A stretch of DNA of 64,000 bases, from NCBI RefSeq assembly GCF_009914755.1, contig NC_060935.1; one strand, given 5' to 3'. Shown piece by piece: positions 1 through 16,065 of this stretch; the first letter of the stretch is position 1, and every line of letters starts with the position of its first letter. The notes under the pieces are model-generated. The model worked only from the letters and a program-made list of their open reading frames with translations. It was not told the origin of the DNA and made no database searches. The DNA comes from the human T2T-CHM13v2.0 reference genome, Homo sapiens. The translations under genes were made by a program, and so were the position numbers.

Positions 1-337
1 GGTTATATCTATTGATCGTTACTGTATTAAAAATTAAAACTGAGGAGTTTAAAAGTATTTTAAATATTAATATTTTTATATGAATATTTAGTACTTTAAA
101 GATTTAAAAATATTGTTTAATATTTTAACATTATAAAATGCAAGTACCAAGCCTATCACCTGTTTACATTAAGACTTTTTATGAAAAAATAACTTTTCCA
201 AAACAAAAATGTACTGAAGACACTGGCATTATTCTACATTTTGCAAATCTCTTTATTGTATGACTTTAAATAAGCCACATTCTGCGTTTGATCTGTTGTT
301 GCATTGTGTTGTTTGGGTTAAAGTAACTGAAGAACTG

Positions 338-628
338 GACGGGCGAGGTGGCTCACACCTGTAATCCCAGCACATTGGGAGGCCGAGGTGGGCAGATCAT
401 GAGGTTAAGAGATTGAGACTGTCTTGGCCAACATGGTGAAACCCTGTCTCTACTGAAAATACAAAAAATTATCTGGGCGTGGTGGCACGTGCCTGTAGTC
501 CCAGCTACTCAGGAAGCTGAGGCAGGAGGATTGCTTGAAACCGGGAGGTGGAGGTTACAGTGAGCTGAATTCACGCCACTTCACTCCAGCCTGGGTGATA
601 GAGTGAGACTCTGTCTCAAAAAAAAAAA
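338..628 (+). mobile_element. Alu (S-like)
   Basis: Dimeric Alu consensus and polyA tail. Confidence 0.95.
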
Positions 629-821
629 GTAGCTAAAGAACATCTGGCCTCACATAGACGTGTAGTTGGGAAAGGGAGGAGTATCTTCATAGCTTTTTCA
701 GATAATTATGCATATTCTTTGTTATCAGGACCAGCGCAAGAAGTGGTAGTTCTTAAAGGTTTGTTGTGGTGTGGAATCTGAAACCATGTTGCTGATTCCA
801 CACGGGTCTACCTTGCACTTT

Positions 822-1129
822 GTTTTGTTTTTTTTTGTTTTGTTTTGTTTTTGAGATGAAATCTCACTCTGTCGCCCAGGCTGGAGTGCAGTGGTGCGAT
901 CTCAGCTCACTGCAACCTCTGCCTCCCGGTTCAAGTGATTCTCTTGCCTCAGCCTCCCGAGTAGCTGGGATTACAGGTGCCCACCGACGCCCGGATAATT
1001 TTTGTCTTTTCAGTAGAGACGGGGTTTCACCATGTTGCCAGGCTGGTCTCAAACTCCTGACCTCAAATCATCCGTCTGCCTCGGCTTCCCAAAGTGCTGG
1101 GATTACAGGCGTGAGCCACCACAACTGGC
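822..1129 (-). mobile_element. Alu (S-like)
   Basis: Reverse Alu consensus, T-rich tail. Confidence 0.95.
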
Positions 1130-1301
1130 CACACTTTGAATGGATCTTTTAGATGTGTCTGATTTCATAACCACATACATCGATCATTTCGAAAATATTG
1201 TTTCACCAAGTTATGCACGTCTTCCAAGTGTTGACACCCTTCATTATATAATATCCTAAAAAAGCACATTTGTTTTCTGACCTCATCAGAAAAGTCCTTA
1301 G

Positions 1302-1663
<362 letters not shown>

Positions 1664-1968
1664 TTGGCCCAATTTTTAAATTATTGTCAGCACGTGGTGT
1701 TTTATTTTTGTGATGGATTCACTTCATTGACTTGTGAAAAAATGTCTTCCAGATACCCAAGACTGAATAACCATTGTCAGTCGTTCTTTTAATTAATAAT
1801 AGTGGTTCAGGTGAAAAAGTGGCTAGTGCAGCTGGCAGCTTAGAGACGAGCGCTTTTCACAGAGAGTTGGGTTTGCAGCAACAGGCATTGTGCACACTTC
1901 CCACGTCAGCACACAGAAGAGTAGAATGGCATGTACTTGAGTTTAGATTTAGTAAAATTAGGACTTTT

Positions 1969-2261
1969 GCAGGCGCAGTGGCTCACGCCTGTAATCCCAG
2001 CACTTTGGGAGGCTGAGGCAGGTGGTTCACTTGAGGACGAGTTCAAGACCAGCCTGGCCAACATAGCGAAACCCTATCTCTACTAAAAATATAAAAAATT
2101 AGCTGGGTGTGATGGTACATGCCTGTAATTCCAGCTACTTGGGAGGCTGAGGCACCAGAATCCCTTGAACCCATGAGGTGGAGGTTGCAGTGAGCTGAGA
2201 TTGCGCCACTGCATTCAGCCTGAGTGACAGAGTGAGAGTCTGTCTCAAAAAAAGAAAAAAA
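1969..2261 (+). mobile_element. Alu
   Basis: Alu consensus with polyA. Confidence 0.95.
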
Positions 2262-2637
2262 ATTAGTACTTTTTACACCTTCATCAAGGACATTCCTCAG
2301 TGAAACTGGACATCTCTCCTTCCCGTGAGTGTGTGGTCCGAGGATAGTGTTTGATGCTCTGGCCTTGACTGGGGCTGAGGCTTCAGCAGCTAGTTCCTCA
2401 TTGCTTTTGTGCCATCAGGGCAAATGTCAACATAGTGAAAGGGAAAGTAACATTTTAGTATCATAATTTTAGTATCATGATTAGTTACGACCTCGTGGAT
2501 CCCCCATGGGTCTCAAGGACGTCCAAGGGTCAGAGGATGCAAGCTGAGAACCACTGGCCTGGACATCCTCCTCCTTTGTAAACTCCTCCAGGCCAGCTCA
2601 GGTCCCCCCATCATAGGCTTTTAAAATTCTCTGCTCT

Positions 2638-2886
2638 GGACCAGGCGCAGTGGCTCACGCCTGTAATCCCAGCACTTTGGGAGGCCGAGGCGGGTGGATC
2701 ACTTGAGGTCAGGAGTTCGAGACCAGACTGGCCAACATGGTGAAACCCTGTCTCTATTAAAAATACAAAAATTAGCCGGAAGTCGCTTGAACCCAGGAGG
2801 CAGTGGTTGCAGTGAGCTGAGATTGTTCCACTACACACCAGCCTGGGCAACAGAGCAAGACTCCGTCTCAAAAAAAAGAAAAAAAA
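2638..2886 (+). mobile_element. Alu with internal deletion in right monomer
   Basis: attagccgg joined directly to aagtcgcttgaacc. Confidence 0.9.
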
Positions 2887-3398
2887 TTTCTCTGCTCTGT
2901 TCCACCATTGCCCATGCTGGTGTTGTTGATAGGACTATTTGATGATTGTTATCTAGACCAGATGGTGGTTCTGTTTTGCTCACCATTGGGGTCCTGGGGC
3001 CTGGCCCAGGTCCCAGTACACTGTAGACACTTGATGAATATTTGTTGACAGAATAAGCTGCTTTGTGTTGGGCCCCATGCTGGGAGTTTGGGGCCTGGAG
3101 CTGCAGCAAACATTGTCCCTCTTCTCGAGATATTCCCAGCCCAGTGAAGGTGCCCAGCCGTGCTCTCAGATGGGCATGGGAAGACCATCTGGGAAGCAGC
3201 CGGGGACATGAAGCCAGCAGCTCCGATAAGGACACTAGTATGAGTGCTGAGGGGAGGGTCCTGGGCATGGTGGGGGCTCCACGGCTAGTGATGGGAGCAG
3301 TGGCCAGGCCCTTGCTGGAACCCGGTCCCCTGGACCCCTTAGAGTGGGACCTGTGTGGTCTCTGATGAGATCTTTTGTGCCTTTCTTTTCCCCCTCAG

Positions 3399-3450
3399 GT
3401 CACAGTTACCTGGAGAGGCTCCTGAATGTTGAGGTGCCCCAGAAAGTTGG
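3399..3450 (+). CDS. INCENP: INCENP exon 5 (HSYLERLLNVEVPQKVG)
   Basis: Acceptor ttttccccctcag, donor GG|gtgagt; phases match the next exon. Confidence 0.95.
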
Positions 3451-4211
3451 GTGAGTTCAGTTCCAGGGCTTCGGAGGTAGGCAGGGCATACCAGGACAGG
3501 GAGCCAAGGTGAGCACCAGGGCTGGAAGCAATTCCTGGGCTGAGTCTTCCCCACTGAGCCTTGACCGCCCAGGAGCTGCCCCGTTTTCCCTGTCTGACCA
3601 GGCAGTGAGTGATGTGGGTGTTGGCCACCTGGTCTCCTTGCAGCACCCGTCAGCGTTGCTGGTTGCCTGGCTAGACCTGACCCTGGGGCGTGGGCTCCAG
3701 AGGTTGGGGGTGAGGCGGGGCTGCCAGGAAGAGCTACATTCAAACTGGCTGGGGTAGGATAGGAGTGCTCCAGGATTACACCCAGTGCTGCTTCGGGCCA
3801 GGACACAGACTCCTTTTCCTGGAGGCCGTGTCCTGCCATCACTAAAACCAGCCCCCTCCCTCCTTGCTGCAGAGCAGAGGGTTTGTTCTTGGGACGGGGA
3901 AACAGGGTGACAGGGCAGACCTGCTGGCCTTGCCAGCCCCATGGTGAATAGAGAACAGACCACAAAAGAGATGCAGCTCACCTGGGCCCAAGAGGTGGAG
4001 GCGGAGCTGAGGACAGGGCTCACATCCTGAGACAGCTCTGTGGTGGGGTGCCAGGGAGATGAAGCCACATTCTGAAGCTGACATCCCTCGTCTGTCCATG
4101 GAGCCATTGCCGGGAGCTGCCATCCTCCTATCCTACAGGGGGCTGTGGGTTCGTGGCCCTGGCCAGGGCACCTTGTGTTGACCTCTTGGGTCCCCATCCC
4201 TGGAATGGTAG

Positions 4212-4583
<372 letters not shown>

Positions 4584-5516
4584 TGACCTGCCGTGTGCAG
4601 TGCCCGGAGCCACAGCGGGCCTTGGCGGCCTCGGCCTGACCTTCTCTCTGGGGATAAGGAAGCCCCATTTTCTGGGCCAGTAGGCTAAAGAGAAATTAAA
4701 CCTGGGGGTGCAGAGATCCCTTTTGAGTCTGTAGACTTCACCTCCCACCGTTGGGCTGGAGCTGTCACTGAGTGCAGCATGGGGGGCTGTGGCTGGTTGG
4801 GACAGGAAGCAGAGGAAGGGGCTGCATCGGGGTATGGATATGAAGAGGCCAGGTCAAGGCCTTGACCTTGACTCCAGGGGCCAGTGGGAAGAGCTGTGGG
4901 CTGGGGATTGAACACCCCACCTGGCCTCCTGCTTTGCCTCCCCCGCCAGCTCCTTTCTGACCTTTGTATGTCCATCCTTGTCTAAAGAGGGCTGGAGAGC
5001 AGTGGGTTTGGGAGTGTCCCAGGGTCCTGCTCACATCTCCCTGAGAAGGGTGCCTCTCTCTGGTGGAAAGTGCACTGTAGCTGTGAGATCTTGAACACGG
5101 CCTCCTCCTCTTTACGACGTGGTCAGGGACAATGGTCATGCCAGCCCTGCAGCCCCAAGGGCTGCTGTGAGGAACTTTTGGAGTAAGGTGCACCTTCTCC
5201 TAGCAGTGAAACAAAACAATACTGACCCTACACCCTCCATGTTGACCCTGCAGCGGGAGCTGCCCCCTCCTGCTGTCATGGCCACACCAGCTGCATGGCC
5301 CAGGAGGGGTGGAATTTAGAAGCTGTGCAAGGGGCTTGGAGCTCCTGCTTCTACAAGGCGTCCACACACTGTTCTTCGTGTCAGAGGTGGGTGGGGCACG
5401 TCTGGGGCTGCCGCCTCGACAGGACCGTCCCGCCCTGCCTTGCCTATCATAGAGCCAGGCACTCGCGGGGAGGTGTTCGTGAGCTGGGGGTAGCCAGGCC
5501 CTGGCATCTGTAGATT

Positions 5517-5612
5517 TGTATTTTTAGTAGAGGCCGGGTTTCACTATGTTGGCCAGGCTGGTGCTGAACTCCTGACCTCAAGGATCCGCCCACCTTGGCC
5601 TCCCAAAGTGCT
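5517..5612 (-). mobile_element. Tailless Alu left-monomer fragment with 8-bp TSD
   Basis: Alu fragment flanked by tgtagatt at 5509-5516 and 5613-5620. Confidence 0.85.
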
Positions 5613-5800
5613 TGTAGATTCCTCAAGGCTAGTCAGGGTTAAGGCTGATATGTCTGCGTTTGGCCACCCCGGAGCTGCCAGGAAGGGAGCCTTGCCCACT
5701 GCCAAGGCTGCTGCCCAAGGACCCCTTCCCCCTACACCCCCATTCCCACCCTGCCGCCGCCATCGTTTCTGCAGCCTTGCTGAAATTGCTGTCTTCACAG

Positions 5801-5852
5801 AGGCCAAGACGGACCAAGCAGATGGACCCAGAGAGCCACCGCAGAGTGCCAG
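5801..5852 (+). CDS. INCENP: INCENP exon 8 (EAKTDQADGPREPPQSAR)
   Basis: cttcacag acceptor, AG|gtttgc donor; phases 1/2 consistent. Confidence 0.93.
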
Positions 5853-6247
5853 GTTTGCATCCGGGAAGGGGTGTGTAGGTAACTCTGAGGGCCCTGGAGG
5901 ATGTGGCCTTGTGTCCTTGCTCAGGGAAGGTGGATGTGTGCTCAGGGGCTTCAGAGCCTCTCTGCTGGGGTGTGGCCTGGTGTTGTGACTTAACCAAGGA
6001 GGCGGCTCCATGCTGTGGATGAGCGCAAACCTGGGAATAGGGCGACCCGATTGTTGACCCCGTCTTAGTGTGGTCTCCTGGCCATGTGACCTTGGACTGT
6101 TCACCTCCCTTCCTCTGAGTGGGCAGCAGAGGGTTGCTTAGGCTCTGCAGCCTCTTTCAGTCTAGAGGCCTGTGGCCTGGGCCCGGTATTGTTCACCGGG
6201 GTGACTTTTGATGGGGTGTGGCTGGGCTGTGGCGGGCTGCCCTGTGA

Positions 6248-6457
<210 letters not shown>

Positions 6458-6479
6458 TGACCCTGGTCCTCGTCTGCAG

Positions 6480-6611
6480 GTGGTACGGCCCCTCCGGACC
6501 TTTCTGCACACAGTGCAGAGGAACCAGATGCTCACGACCCCGACCTCAGCCCCACGCAGCGTCATGAAGTCCTTTATTAAGCGCAACACTCCCCTGCGCA
6601 TGGACCCCAAG
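6480..6611 (+). CDS. INCENP: INCENP exon 10 ([44 protein letters not shown])
   Basis: tctgcag acceptor, AAG|gtgagg donor. Confidence 0.96.
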
Positions 6612-7066
6612 GTGAGGGGCCTGTGCCCAGGCCGGGCTTTGTGGGAGCTGGGCAGTGTGGCTGAAGGTCCAGTCTGTCCTGTAAGATACTGGGAGTAGTG
6701 TGAGCCTGGGCGGAGGCAAGTGTGGCCTGGCACTGTTAGGGGCCGGTTGAAGCCTCTGTGGCCACCAGCTGTCTTGACCTCTGAGGGCACTGTCCTGCAC
6801 TTGACCTTGTGGGCTCTGGACTACAGCCTGGAGGCTTGGCCGGCTCAATGTGAGCCCTGGGGATCTGTGTAGTTAAGGTGAGAGGTACTTGTGGACACCT
6901 CCACCACTGGGGTGAGGGTTGGGTGACAGGAGAGGCGGTGGGGGTGCTGCTGGCAGGAGGGCAGGCCCCACGCAGGCTTGCTGGCACAGCTGGGCATGTG
7001 GCCTGCCCGGCAGGATGCTCCCCGGCCTGGCATTAACTCTTGCCTTTTCCCTTGTCTCCTCCACAG

Positions 7067-7078
7067 TGCAGCTTCGTC
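7067..7078 (+). CDS. INCENP: INCENP exon 11, 12-nt alternative microexon (CSFV)
   Basis: ttaac branch site and long pyrimidine tract, then ccacag|TGCAGCTTCGTC|gtaagt; symmetric phase 0; matches the recalled MDPK-CSFV-EKER isoform. Confidence 0.9.
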
Positions 7079-8565
7079 GTAAGTAAAGCCTTTTCCTGTC
7101 GGTAACCTCGCCCCACCTAGCACTCACCCGCTGTAGCCCCTTCCCTGCGTAGCTGACAGCACCTGTAGATGCACTAACATTGTAAGCGGGAGGGGAGCCT
7201 TAGGAAGAGAGTGGGACGGTGAGGGGTGCACTGGCTGGAGGCGCCCAGCAGTTCTGGGCCCCAGCGTCCTTCTCTGCCCTCCCTGCCCTTGACTCTGCTC
7301 TTAGGAGGAAGCAAGGGGGTGTGGCTTTTCACCAGGGCTACAGCTTGATGTGTTCTCCACAGCCACCTTCCCTCCCTCCTCCCCTGCACCAGGCCCCGTC
7401 AGGGTCTGTGGGTCTTTGAAGAGAACAGACAGGTTGTCTGTGGTCCCCAGAGCTACTGAGATTTATTGGTTCACAGACCTGAGCAGTAGCCTTGAGGCAG
7501 TGGGGTGATGGGGGAGCGCAAGTGTGGGTCTGAACTGAGGTGGAAGTGCTGGGTCTTGCTGTGCTGGGTGACAGTAGAACAGTGGGTGGTAGCGTCTAGA
7601 AACAAGTCGCAGAAGCTGTTCTCTTCTCAGACACCTCAGAGCTGAGCCGAGCCAGGCTGGCCCTGAGCAAGGACCCTCAGATGGGGACATGCTTAGCCTG
7701 CAGCCCCAGCTCCCCGTGCCATTTGCCAAGGCCACAGACACCTCATTCCTTTAGTTCCTGCAAGCCTTCTGAAGGGTCCTCTGCAGCCACACAGGGACAC
7801 CTGTGACAGCCGGGAGGGCTTCTGCCTCCAGTTGAGGGCCTCGGCAGGTGAGAGGGGCTTCCCAGCAGCTGGCCAGGTGGGCCCTGAGCTGGCTTCTCCG
7901 CATGGAGGCCTGTTCCCCTCTTGTTGGAGAGGGTGACTGACAGTATACCTTCCAGTGGCCTTACCACCTGTGCCGATTAGAGCCCTGCAGGTCTCACAGG
8001 GTGATAGAGAAGACCAGGAAGTGGTCCCCTTTCCTGCTTTGGGGATCCCAGGTCCCTGCACAAGGCATCTAGTGGGTGGGGACAGTCCATAGTTAGGAGA
8101 CCAGGGGGCTACGGAGTCATTTTGGACTGCATCCTGAACATTCTGCTATGAGTCTCTGGGTCTTGTTTAAATCTATGGACAATGTTGATATTTTCTCAGC
8201 ATTGCAATTTAGTAGCAATTGACCTGGTTAGGTTTAGGCTGCAGGTTCCCATCGCCTTCTGTGGACTCTGGTTCCAATGTTAGTCCCGATTTTGAAGATG
8301 GCAGTGCTGTTTGGACTTTTCCCGGGTGTGTGCCAGTCAGCAGTCAGCCTGGGACTTGGCAGGTGGTCTGTTAGTTTAGTTCTCAGCCTTCGGTGTGGTA
8401 ATTAGGATCAGATCCTAGCATCTGCAGCTTAGAGCTGAGCCTGGGCGTTCGTCAATAACCTGCAGCATCATTTTCCCGATCTCCTCTGGGGCTCCCTTTT
8501 CTGTCCTCCAGCCAGGAAGCTGGGGCTTCAGTTACCTTGTTCTGCTTTGTGTGCTTCTACGACTG

Positions 8566-8781
8566 TGTCCAGGGCCACCTGCCAGGGGGACAGGGAAAGA
8601 ACAACACATAGGATTTGGCCCACACTTTTGGGATCACAGCTCCTCCTCTGAGTTTTGACTTGGCAGCTTTCTCTGTCCAGGGTCGCCTGGCAGGGGGACA
8701 GACAGAAGAGCAACACACAGGGTTTGGCCCACACTTTTGGGATCACAGCTCCTCCCTCGAATTTTGACTTGGCAGCTTTTC
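8566..8781. repeat. ~108-bp tandem duplication within an old L1-like intronic segment
   Basis: Two copies of tgtccaggg...ttggcccacacttttgggatcacagctcctcc...ttttgacttggcagcttt. Confidence 0.85.
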
Positions 8782-9579
8782 TTCAACTGCTGCTGCCCCT
8801 GGTTGCCATAGGACTGCTTGTGGGCTGGGGCACAAGGCAAAGAAGAAAAGAGAACAAACAAAAATGGGATTTCTGCCTTCTCTGAGCATTAGATACTCCC
8901 TTTCTGCTGCTTGAGTCAGGACTAGAGGGCTTGTCCTGGAATTCTTTCTGTCCGTGCCCCAGTGACTCCTTTGGAGTTCCAGGCTGTGTTGAGTTAGGCT
9001 GGAGAAAAACAATGGAGAACTCACTGCTGGTTGGCTGGTGCTTCCAAGTCTGGTCTTCTTCCCTATCTGCCTGCTCCTCTTTAGTTTTCAGAGGCCTCAA
9101 GTAGCCGCTCCTTGCATTCTGTCCAGGTTTTGTAGCTGCATTCAGTGGGAGAGAGAGGTGGAGTATGTCCACTCCATCTTACCCGTTCCCGGGACCCCTT
9201 CTCTCCGTCTTTGGGAGGATGGTATTACCTTGGAGCCAGATTTCTAGGCGAGAGTGCTCCTCCAGTTAGGCTCAGAAGCCAAGGAGAAATCGATAGTAAC
9301 CAGTACAGGAAGAGGGGGAAGCTATTGGACACTGTGCCTAAAGGTGGGAGTCTACTGGGAGCCAGGTTGGGGTGATGGGTGTGGGGCTTCCCTCTGGGTC
9401 CCAGCCTCCACCCAGCCCCAGACTGTTCAAGGGGAAAGCACTAGCCTTGTCCTTGGCCAGGGAGGGCTTAGAGCCCCTGCCCATCCCTGCTGGCTGCCCA
9501 TTGCTGTGGCTGTGCCCCTGGGACTTTCTGTGTCTGCCCAGGAGGGGGTGCCAGCATCAATCAGCTTTTCAGCCAACTA

Positions 9580-10021
<442 letters not shown>

Positions 10022-10238
10022 TTATTTTTTTCAACTATTATGAAATAGTTGATATACACAATAGAATATATGTATACATATAGTATGGATATTATAAAGC
10101 ATGACAGTAGTAAGTTAAACCTTGCATCTGCACCACCCCCTTACTAGAACATTCACCATGATTGGGAGAGCTGCCTTTCTGCTCCTCACCCTTCCAAGCT
10201 CATCCTTCATTTTCTTTTTCAATGCACAGTTTATGTAG

Positions 10239-11023
<785 letters not shown>

Positions 11024-11026
11024 TGA

Positions 11027-11440
<414 letters not shown>

Positions 11441-11509
11441 TAAGAAGGAGTTTTCCCAGAAGTCTCCAGGGCGGGGATGGTGACCAGAATCTGCCTCTCC
11501 TGTAGCAGC

Positions 11510-12000
11510 AGTAATTTGAGGGTTAAGTGCTTGTACTTGGAGCCAGACTGCCTATCTCAGCTCTGCCATTTATTAGCTGTGTGACTTTCTACAGGCTGCT
11601 TGACCTCTCTGCTTCCATGTCTTCAAGTAGCAGTGAGGGTTAAATGTGTTAATGTCTGTAAAATGCTCAGTAGTGTCTGATGCCTGCTAAGAGTTCTATA
11701 CAATTGCTGTTATGGTCCACCCCCTGACTGTTCTGCCTATAAGAGTAAGGGCCCACCTCTTCCCAGCCAGTCTTAGGACTCTAGAGAAGGCAAATCCACC
11801 GTTAGGGGTTATGTGACTAGTCACCAAGGTCAGTTATTTACTGTGTGCTAGGCCCTGCTGTGTGTTGTGCGTATCAACCCAGCAACCCCATGAAGTGTGG
11901 GAATAACTGCAGTCTCCATTTTATAGACGAGTAAACAGGCCAGAGGGTTTAAATGCTTGCCCGTTGTTTCATAGCTAGCGAGTTTGGCTCCGAGGTTCCT
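11510..12000. mobile_element. MIR remnants (two)
   Basis: MIR core motifs (ctctgccatttattagctgtgtgac; ccattttatagacgagtaaacaggc). Confidence 0.6.
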
Positions 12001-12205
12001 TTCTGCTAAATCTACAGCAGCAGCAGCTGTCACAAGATGCCTTTTCAGGCTGCTGCTGGTGGTTCTGGCAGAGCCTTGCTCGGGATGTCCCACGGCGCCA
12101 TTCCTGGGTTGTCCGTGGTGGTGGCTGATATGAGGGGCACCTGGGCTTCAGGGGAGTAGGGCTGCTGTCCTGCCTCTCTGGCCTGGGCCTGGCCGCAGCA
12201 CCTGA

Positions 12206-12469
<264 letters not shown>

Positions 12470-14041
12470 TGAGGGACCTGCTGGCCCGCCTGCCTGCCTT
12501 CCATGTGTGTGGAAGAGAGACGGTGTGAACCTTGCCTGGACACAGCCCCACCTGCATGTGACGGTTTGCAGGTGCTTTCCTTGGCACCAAACCCAGAGGC
12601 CCACCTGAATACACTGCCCATTGGCTATGGGAGATCCAAGGAGTGATAGGTGGGCTTGCTTAGGGCTTGGCTTGGTTCTGCCTCCAGCTGCATGTGCTGA
12701 CCTCTTAGGTGTCTTTTTGTAACTGTCAGGAGTGTGGTGCTCAGAGGATGAGCTGATATTTCTCAGCAGGGCCACCATGGGCATTTTGGGCAGGAAAGAT
12801 CTTTGTGTTACATTGCAGGATGTTTGGCATCCTTGGCCCCTGTCCCCACTAAATGCATCTCCCCTGGTGAGGACGATAACTCAGATTGCCCCCTACCGAT
12901 ATTTTCAGACTGTTCCCCTGCCTTGGGAACCGTGGACCCAGGAGCCCTGGGATTTTCCAGCTGTGCAGATGCAGTGGTCTCTGTTCAATAGACAAGAGTT
13001 CCATGTTTAGTTTTACAGGCATTTGTCCCTGGCCTACCCTGTGCCTGGTTGTTCTGAGAGTCGTGGGGATGCCAAGGAGGAAAAGCCACACTCACTGTTG
13101 GTCAGGAGATACATGGGATCCTGTGTCTGTGTGCACAGAAGTAGAGCACAAGGCCCGTGTGTGTGAGACACGCAGGCCCCGTAGCTGTTCCCTCTCCCGC
13201 TCTACCTCCTGGGAAACACCGGGCAGCACGTTTTTTCCGTGTCCATCTTCGTGGGTGGCTTCAGGTTTATCAGATAAGTGAAGAGTCACAGCCAGGGGGC
13301 TGCACTGAGTCAGGGCTGCTTGATGGGGACAAAGCTGTCCTTGGTCCTCTGGGCAGAGTCTGGGAAGGCGAGAAGGCGTAGGGTGTAGCTAATGTGCAGG
13401 GTGCTGGGCAGAGCAGGGGGCTTTGAGGGTGGCGGTGTGATAGTCATAGTGTCGGCAGCTTTGGTGGGTACCCGAGCTGCATGCTTTACACCTGTTTCCT
13501 TGTTTAGTCCTCAGTTGAAGCCCATGGTGGCATGGGAGCCATCAGCTCCACTTCACACAGGGGGAAACAGGTCCAGAGAGGTTAAATGACATGTTCAAAG
13601 TCATGAGCCAGTGTGTTGTGGAGGTGACTCCAGAACTCATCCACAGCCTCTTGTTCATGCTTGGAGCCAGTGTCTGCCCTGAAGGTTAGGATAAAAAGGG
13701 GTATTGTGGATTATCCCATTTGATTCTCATGTTGACCCTGGAGGAAATGTGTTATGGTCTCCATTGTATAAAAGTGTTATGAGGCTCAGAGACCCAAGTT
13801 ACAAGGAAAAGTGGGGGCCAAATGTTGGGCTCCAGCTTGTGTTCCCTGCACCCTCAGGTGTGCACACTTCTAGCCCCGGGGCAAAAGCGCAGCTCTTGGC
13901 TCTAAGCTGGTTGCCCATTCAGCAATCCCACTTTCTAAGGTGTGTCCTACTGGCTGGGCCTGGTTTCCCCAGCAGGGATGGGAACAGGGCTTGGGCTGGG
14001 CCTCCACTTCCTGTCCTAACAGGCTCTTGCTGGGTCCTCAG

Positions 14042-14120
14042 GGAGCTGCAGGAGCGGGAGAAGGCCCTGCGGCTGCAGAAGGAGCAGCTGCAGAGGGAAC
14101 TGGAGGAGAAGAAGAAGAAG
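14042..14120 (+). CDS. INCENP: INCENP exon 16 (ELQEREKALRLQKEQLQRELEEKKKK)
   Basis: cctcag acceptor, AAG|gtgagg donor. Confidence 0.95.
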
Positions 14121-14163
14121 GTGAGGGGAGCTGGGTTGCGGGCTCCCCTGGGGTCTGCCCTGA

Positions 14164-14475
<312 letters not shown>

Positions 14476-15199
14476 TAGCTAGAGGCACAGGCTGTGTTAG
14501 GCCCCTAAGGAAAAGGACAGATACACTTGGCCCAATTGTTTTTACTTCTTTTTATATTCTTTGTTATTCTAAAAGTAGAATTTGTTGAGGTGGGGGATAA
14601 AAAGGAACTAAACTTTATAGAAGAGTATACAGTTTTAAAAAAAGGGACCCTCAGGAAAACTCTACTAAGCGCGTTGTATATCCTTCTAGATTTTTACTTA
14701 TGTAACCCTTTTAACACACACACAGATATCCTCTCTCTCTCTCTCTTTCACCCATACACATACATATTTAAAATGGGCACATACCATTTGGTGGCTTGAT
14801 TTCCAGGTCCCCAACCCCCATGGTTTTTTTTCACTTAGTATATTATAGACATCTGTCTATTTCAACACAGGTCAATTTCTTAGTTTTGATGACTGTGTAC
14901 CTTAATTGTGCTGGAATTCAGCCGGCTCCTCTTGATGAGCATTTGATCTATTTTCACTTCACTGCTGTTACCAAACAAAACAATGTTTTCATTGCAGCAT
15001 TGTTAAGATGTGGAAAACTTGGAAGTTAGTATGGTATCTGTCAATGATGGATGGTTACGTTGCAAATCCTGGAGTCTCCTTAGTGGTTCCCGGGAGGATT
15101 CTAGACACACTGACCTGGAAGAAAGTTTGCAATACACCTTAGCATCAAAAAAGGAGATACAGAGTCGTGTGTGTTCTGTGACTTTTTAAAATTAAAAAG

Positions 15200-15497
15200 T
15201 AGGCCTGGTGCAGTGGTTCTCGCCTGTAATCCCAGCATATTGGGAGGCCAAGGGGACAGATTACTTGAGGTCAGGAGTTCGAGACCAGCCTGGTCAACAT
15301 AGTGAAACCCAGTCTCTACTAAACATACAAAAAATTGGCCGGGTGTGGTGGTGCACACCTGTAATCCAGCTACTTGGGAAAGCTGAGGCATGAGAATCTC
15401 TTGAACCTGGGAGGCGGAGGTTGCAGTGAGCCGAGATCACACCACTGCACTCCAGCCTGGGCGACAGTGAGATTCTGTCTCAAAAAAAAAGAAAAAG
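15200..15497 (+). mobile_element. Alu
   Basis: Alu consensus with polyA. Confidence 0.95.
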
Positions 15498-15597
15498 TGA
15501 TCCTGCACCTTTTGTTTCTCCTGTGAAATAGGAGGAGGTGAGCAGTGCCCCAGCACTCCTCGGTGGTGAGAGATGGGAATGCCATGGAGGGAACTGA

Positions 15598-16065
<468 letters not shown>

